Below, piece by piece: positions 56,150 through 64,000 of a DNA stretch of 64,000 nucleotides (positions within the stretch are counted from its first letter, which is position 1; each line of letters opens with the position of its first letter). Position numbers and translations under genes: made by a program. Below the pieces are notes generated by a model. The model was not told the origin of the DNA, ran no database searches, and saw nothing but the letters and a program-made list of their open reading frames with translations. Origin of the DNA: the human T2T-CHM13v2.0 reference genome, Homo sapiens; assembly GCF_009914755.1 (NCBI RefSeq), contig NC_060926.1; one strand, 5' to 3'.

Positions 56150-59100
56150 TTCCTAAGCTCATTTTTCTCTCCCCTCAAGAGCAACTTTTATCTCAAAGTT
56201 GATGTATATCCTTCCTTTCCATGATTTTATATTTGACTTCAAGCATGTGTATGCATAAACAGCATATGGAATAAAAATATACATAAATAGCATCATTCCT
56301 ATACATATTCTACAACCTGCTTTTTTATTAAACGTTATGTTTTCTAATTCCTATCCACATCAATACAAGTGCATCTTGATCATGTGCTTTTTGTCTGGTT
56401 AAATAAGTCTTATTTAACTCTGGTTTGGAATTCCGTTGTTTGAGATATACCACAATATATCCATCTATCCATTTCTCTATTCTCGAACATTTTAATTGTT
56501 TCTAATTTTTCTCTACTACTAACAAAGTTTCAATAAACATCTTTGTACCTGAAAGTGAAATTACCTATTCATATGTCCATTTTTTTGTATTTTTAAATTT
56601 CTTTTTCTTATTCATTTGAGGGAGCTATTTAAGTTTTCAAATACAATCTGCTGTTGTTGTTGTTATATAATGCAAATATCTTCTTCAAGTGTATGTTTTA
56701 TTTTTAAACATTAAGCTCTCTTTTGTTTGTAGTCAACTTAATCAAACCTTTCCTTTGTAATTGGTGTTTTTGTCTTGTGAAATCTTTTCTTCTAAGATTT
56801 AGTAGAGATTGTAACCTCTAATTTCTACTAAAAATATTAAAATTTTGTATTTCTTATTTAAATACTTAATCCGTTTGGAATGTTTGACCATACTGGGAGT
56901 TAAGAATTTAATTTAATGCTTTTTTTCTATATGAAAAATAATTAACCATTACCAGTTTTTGAATACCCAGTCTTTTCTTAATGATCTGTAATGTCATCTC
57001 TTTCATATATCAAGCTGTCACGTAAGGAGGACATTACTAGTGCTCACCAATATCTGGCTATTCTGTCTTCCTGGATATCCCAAAGACTACTTCTCAGCTC
57101 TTCACCAGGACCATGTACCTAGAAATGACCAATGGCTTGTGAGCGGAAATGATGTGTGTAATTCTGGGATAAGACTGTGAAACATCCTTGTTCTATCTTT
57201 CAGTTTTCCTCTTCTCCTGTGTTAGAAAGCGTGAAGAATATATGTTGGAATGAGGGAGCCCACACAAGATAGAGCTACCTGGATTGTCACATCACCTTGT
57301 GGTCATCTGTACTAACAGCAGGTCCTGCGTGAGTAAGAAGTTAACTCTGAAGTGCTAAACCTCTGAGATGTCAGGACTAATGTGTTACTGTAGCTTACCT
57401 TGATGAATATGCCATGGTTCTGACTGTGGGCTCTCTATTTTCTTCCACTGGTTCATTTGTCTATCCAAATACCATTACTGCATTATCTTAATTATTTTGG
57501 CTTTTGTATAAAGTCTTGCTTTCTCATAGGGCAAGTCTCTATCCTCCTTCTCTTTCTTGTCTTTTTTTGTCTTTTTATCTTTCCAAATGGATTTTTGAAT
57601 AATTATCAAGGTTAACAAAATTGCTGCTGAGACTATGATTAGAATTTTATTAAATCTGTGCTTTAAGTTGAGAAAAAATGACATCTTCATTATACTGAGT
57701 CTTCTATCCAAAAGCATGATAAATCTCCTCCATTTATTAGGTTTAACCATATTAAAGTACCATTTTTTGTAGATTGAAAAAGCCATAGGACCTGTCTGAG
57801 GTATCATTTAGAGACAGGAAAAGATGATCAAGTTCACATAGTGAGTTGAAAAAACAATGGAGAAAGAATAGAATATTTCTGCCTGTCCTATCAAGTCTAA
57901 TTTAGTCAATAAGCTAGTTGTATGAGTTAGATCATGAAAGCTTTAAATTTTTTTAAATGATTAAAAATGTAATTTCATACATAGCAAAAGAATATATATG
58001 AAAGATATGTGTGTAGGGCAGTGGTTCTTAATTGGGGGTGATTTTTGTCTCGTAGGGTACATTTGGCAATGTCTGTGGACAGTTTTGGATGTCACAACTG
58101 GGAGGATGGTGCTACTGTCATTCAATCAGTAGAGGCCATCCTACAATTGCACAATTGCTTGCTTATGCCTTACTTATTTATTTTTTATTTTAATTATTTT
58201 TTAGAGATGGGGTCTCCTTCTGTTGTACAGACTGGAGTGCAGTGGTGTGATCTAAGCTCACTGCAGCCTCAGGCTCCTGGCCTCAGCTGCCACCCACAGC
58301 AAATATTTATTTGAGTTTGAGAACCCTGATATGAAGTGACTTAGAATAACAATAAAATAAATACCATATCTCACAATCTGGCTTAAAAAATTAAATTGAA
58401 AATTCATTTAACCATAGAAGTCACCACTATACTGATTTTTGAGTTTATCATTCCTTTGCATTTCTTTATAATTTGACTCCATATGCATGCATCACTAAAA
58501 AATATATGGTTGAGTTTTGCATGTCTGTATACTTTATAAAATGGAATCCCACTGCATACCGTGTTTACAGGATCCATGTATGTTGAAGTGTGAAGCTGTA
58601 GTTCGATTGATTCATTCATTTTTCACGGTTGTATAGCATTCCATTGGGTGAATTTAACATACTTTAGTGTCATGTTGATTATTTAGGTTGTTTCCGGTTT
58701 TCTATTACGAACAGCATTATTATGTACATTGTTGCATGCACCTTTTGGTGCACATGGAAAAGCTTTTCCTCATGGTATATGCTTGGAATTAAACTGCTGG
58801 GCTACAGAGTATATGCATTTTTTACTTTATTGGAAAATGCAGATGAGCTAATATACATTTTTGTCAGCTGTGTGTAACTGTTCCTGATGCTCCACATCCA
58901 TGGGACTCTGTAGTCTTTATAATTTCTGTCCATCTGGTGAGTCTAAATGGTATCTTTTTTGATTTTAACGTGCATTTCCTAAATTTATAATAAGGGGGCA
59001 ACATTTCATATTTTTATCAGCTATTTGTGTTTATTTTTTGGTGAAATGCTTGCTTAGGCCTTATTTATTTATTGTTTTAATTTTTTTAGAGATGGAGTCT

Positions 59101-60120
59101 CCCTCTGTCACACAGGCTGGAGTGCAGTGGTGTGATCATAGCTCACTGCAGCCTCCAACTCCTCACCTCAAGCAATTCTCCTCACTCAGACTCCTGAGTA
59201 GCTAGGATTACAGGCCCATGCCACCACCTCCAGATAATTTTAAACTTTTTTATTTTACAAATAGGATTTTGCTATGTTGTTCAGGCTGGTCTTGAACTCC
59301 TGGACTCAGGTAATTCTCCCACCTCAGCCTCCTGCATAGCTGTATTTATGTCTTTTGCCTATTAAGTTATTGGTCTTGTTTTCTTTTAGGAGCTTCTAAA
59401 TATTCCACATACTAATCCTCTGTTTATTATATGAATTGCAAATATCATCTACCAATTGGTGGATTGTTTTCACCTGTTAAATAATGTCAGTATTTTCTTT
59501 TTTTGGTTCTTTAAAAGTCATATTGAAGAAAATTACTGTCTAACCTAAGGCTATAAAGAAAAGTTCTATTTGAAACTTTAACCTGAATCGAAATATATTT
59601 TTGGTTGTATTTTAAGGGATCTAGTTCTATATTTTCAATATACCTAGCCTATTGTCCAAGCACTATTTCTTCAAAAGTCCATTTTTCTCTTACTAATATG
59701 CAAAATCCCTTTTATCACATATTAATTTTACATATATGTGTGTGGGCCAGTTTCTGGACTCTATTTTGTTTTATTGGTTTATTTATTTATCCCACACCAA
59801 TATCATGCTATTAAGCTATTTTTGTAAATGGGGCTTAGTATCTGCTAGGATGAGTCACCCAATTTTTTTCTCCTCATTATGTAGAAGTTTTTGTTTCTAT
59901 TTTTGGCAATCTTGGTCTTCAGTACAAATTTTAGAATTAGCTTATCAAGATTTATAAAAAATCTGGTTAAGATTTTAACTGGAATTGCATCAAATCTATA
60001 GATTTAGAGAGAATTGATATCTTTACAATATTTAGTAACCCCACCCCACCAAAATTTATTCAATTTTTCTTATATATTTAAATTTATTCAATTTTTCTTA
60101 TATATCCTGGCAATGCATTA
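56150..60120 (-). mobile_element. Patchwork of old L1M fragments with nested MLT1 (~57035-57405), MER20 (~58019-58150), Alu fragment (~58180-58290) and AluJ (~59075-59340)
   Basis: Degraded L1 antisense motifs and recognisable nested elements; boundaries approximate. Confidence 0.6.
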
Positions 60121-61547
60121 AAATTATTTTCATGCAGTGATTCTGTGTTTGCAGTGAGAGGGCCTCGTTCTATATCAATCCATCTGCCTTGACTGGTATA
60201 TCCTCAAATACTATTAACCAGATCTATATTTTTAACAAGATTCTTCAAGAAATATATAATCTAGTGATAATGGTTAATAGCTATAGCTACACATAGAAAA
60301 GATTAAATCAACTAAACCTGTAAAGAATTTTCAGTTTACTTGAATTAATGTGGGTTGGGATAATTCATGATTCTCACTTGAAGTATTCCCTTTTTATTGA
60401 CTTCTTCCCTAATCTTATTTCTAGAACAACACTGAAGCTTCTTTTCCATTAAAATCTTCTAACATCATCTTCTATTTTAGAATATCCATGTGAACCCTAC
60501 TTTTCCCCACTAGACCTCAAAATTACATTAATGCTTTCTTGCCCAATACCTCAAATGATCAAAAACAAGGATGTTTCCCCTCCAAATATTTATTATAGCA
60601 ATTTTCAAACAGTAAGAAAATTTGCAAGAACAGTAAAATAGAAACCATATACCCACCACCTATAGAAACCATTTAAGGTATTAGTATTTTCCCCTATGTA
60701 CTTCATCTCTCTCCTATTCTAGTATTTATCAATCATCTATTTTGTTGAACCTTTTCAACATAAGTTGCATTATTATGACCTTTCATCCTTAAATACTTTA
60801 ACATGCATCTCCTAAAAATGACGTTTTTCTATATAAACACAATGCTATTATATACCTAAGAAAGTATTAATGATATTCCAAAAACCATCCAATATCAAGT
60901 CCATATTAAACTTTTCCCATTGGTGAGTTTTCTACTTCTACTCTTCCTTCTGTATTAGCCAGCATTCCTCTTTAAAGCAGAGGTTTTATCACTAACTAGA
61001 GAGGTAAACATTAGTTGCTTCTAAATAGCCAAATTAAATTAAAATGCAATTTCTTAACCTGGGATTTGTAGTGACCACAGGATGCACTTCGGAGTTTTCT
61101 GACCCTCTTTAAATTGTATATACATACATACATATTTTGGGGGGCAGGGGAGAAGAGCCATACTATGCTCAGGTTCTCAAAGGTGTCTGTGATACCCCAA
61201 AAGATTAAGAACCACTCTTCTAAATGTTCCTTGTTATCCAGTGTGAAACATGGAATTCTCTGTATTGACATATAGAGGAACTATACCAAATGAGAAATAG
61301 CCATATGTTCCATTTCAGAATGTGTGTTGCTGATTAAAAGCCAAATGGGAGTTATAAAATTTGGGAAAGTGAAGGAAAATAAATGCAACTATTAATTAGG
61401 ATCTAGTTATGATGCTGTTGTGAAGAATAATACATCTTTAGCTTAAATAATATTCAATATCTTGATTATATGTACCATTAGGGGAAAATAGTGACTAAGT
61501 TGTTGTTAGTCTATAAAATTAAAACATACCCCAAAAATTAAAGCATT

Positions 61548-61875
<328 letters not shown>

Positions 61876-64000
61876 TCACTGATGACTCCGGTGGTGACAG
61901 GTTAGCTTAGTTCACACATTTCATAGATGATTAAAGTTAATGAGTGAAGTGTGAGCAGGACTCTACTTAATGAATGTGCTAATTGTTTTCCTTGCTGCAA
62001 ATGTTAGTGTTGCTTTTAACCACAATATACAGAAGATTAGGAGCCAATTCATTATATGTTATTTAATGAGTTATATTTATACTATATAATGGCATTGTTA
62101 AATTCACACAGTACCCTGCTTAATATTCAAAGCACTTTACTAGAGCACACTATTTTAAGCTCAAAGCTGTCCTTTGTCATAGGGAGGCAGGAAGAGTATG
62201 CCTATTTTATTTAGCATGGTGGTTATGAACTCAGCCTCTGAATTCATGCTGCCTGGATTTAAGTCCTGGCTCCTACTTACCAACTGTGTGACCTAAGAAA
62301 TGTTACTGACCTTTCTGTGCCTCAGTTGTCTCACTCATAAAGCAGGGTGAGTAGTAGTATCTACATCATGGGGTGTTATAGAATTTGGTGAGTTAATGCT
62401 TGTAAAGGGTTTGATGCAGTGCTGGGCATGCTGCTAGTCTCCAAAGTATGTTACATGATTCTCAGTTACACTCCTTCCCTCATGATCCATTCTCCACGCA
62501 GCACTCAAAGTGAACTTTCAAAACTGAGAATCCCTTCATGCCACCTGGCTGCTTAAAATACTCTGGGGACTGCCCATGGCAAGGGATTGAAATCCAAACC
62601 ATTCACCATGGCCAGGCCTGTTCTCTAGACTGTGCCTAGCTCTGTGCACTCATCTTTCTCTCCTCACCCGTGCCTGGCTCCTGTGCTCTAAGCATGCTGC
62701 TCTCCTTTTCGTTTTTCAAACACACCAAACTCTTTTCTGCTTCAAGGACATTGCCTGAACCCCCTTCCCCCAGATCCTCTGGCACCTCTGATTCATGTGC
62801 CAACTCAAGGCAGATTCAGGAATGAAGGCTGCCTTCCCTGACTACCCAATCCCAGTTGCACCTGGCTGCTGCCACAGCCCTGTTGAATGAATAGATGAAT
62901 GAAATTTTGTGAACCTTCAGGCTCATGGCACACTATCATCACTAGTCCTTGCTTTATTCTATTTTCTTTATAGCTCTTATCCCTTAAACAATGCATAAAT
63001 GTACACACAGGTTATTTATTTATCTGAATAAATCTGCAGTGATGCATAAGTCCCTTAGAACTCAGAATCTCCTTGGCTGATACTGTCATTCTTTCCATAT
63101 GCTCTCTTGGCTGGTGGTTCTCCAAGTTCAGTGTGTGCTGGGCCTATCTCCAGAGTTTCTGATTTGGTAGGCCAGGGCAGATCTCTTTGGGAAAGTGACA
63201 TTCAAGGATGAGGCTTAAAGGATGAGAAGAAGTCCAATCACATGGGAGCTGGAGGATGAGAGTTCTAGGCGGTAGGAACAGCAAGTGCCAATAAGCTGAG
63301 CTGAGAAAAGAGCTATAGTGTTTGAGTAACAGAAGGAAGGTGAGTACGGCTAAAGCTTGGAGGGAGAGTGGGAAAGAATTCCAGGCTGACCTTGAACAGG
63401 AGGCAGGGGTCTGATCAGGCAGTGCCTATTGGCCCTGTGGGGGAGGGTAGTTTGTGTTCAGAGTACAGTGAGAAAGCTTTGCACAGGGGAGAAACATGAT
63501 CCAATTCACATTGTTTTAAAGGTTCACTCGGGATGCTGTGTGGACAAAGCCTTGTAAAGGGGCAAAAGTTCAGTAATGAGATTCATTCTACTCCTTCCTT
63601 TGAAGCAGTCCTCTGGTCTACACTGACTTCCCACAGAGCCCACTGTGTGTTTTGGGCTCTAGAGCTGCTAGAGAACTCCTTTAAAGTAGGTGGTTGCCAT
63701 TGTAGCAAACAAATGAATATAGTGTCTGCCTCAATTCCCAACTTGGAGGAAAAGCTTCAAGCTCACAGTCTCTGTCTAGGGAGCAGCCCATGTCTTTTTC
63801 TGTGTAGGGGAACTCTGTATTCTGCCTCACCTATCCTGTTGCTCTGGCCCAGGTGTTGGACCAGGAGAGACACCAGGGTGGCCAGAATGCAGGCTGGCCT
63901 GCAGTTAGCGAGGTGGCCTGGCACAGGGCTCTGCCTAGCAAGGTTAATGATAGTGAACAAACCACTCCCATCAGACACTGTCTTTTGCAGCAGCAGCAGT

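Noticed and set aside
56798-56832. 13-bp AT-rich stem-loop
   Set aside because: Short, AT-rich and within degraded L1; likely chance or a trivial template switch

Overview
Human (primate) genomic DNA. Bases ~2.8-12.3 kb hold the last five coding exons and 3' UTR of FASTKD2 on the + strand, recognised from the spliced peptide (...[15 protein letters not shown]...VNVQSTQ*, FAST_1/FAST_2/RAP region). The rest is repeat-rich intergenic sequence: Alu, L1, L2, MIR, MaLR/ERVL LTRs and hAT DNA transposons. It includes a 5.8-kb two-LTR HERV-H/LTR7 provirus (minus strand, 22938-28730) inserted into an Alu, and an ancient two-LTR LTR16-type ERVL remnant (~49.6-52.0 kb). Most notable unexplained signals: (1) four minus-strand exon-like segments (30679->19337) with compatible splice phases, downstream of a consensus RFX X-box, that look like a decayed unitary gene with the HERV-H in intron 2; (2) a 117-bp, ~97%-identical inverted duplication bracketing 1.9 kb, suggesting an inversion scar; (3) a perfect 18-bp hairpin beside a FASTKD2 5' splice site. 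Repeat family names are from visual recognition, not a database search, and repeat boundaries are approximate.
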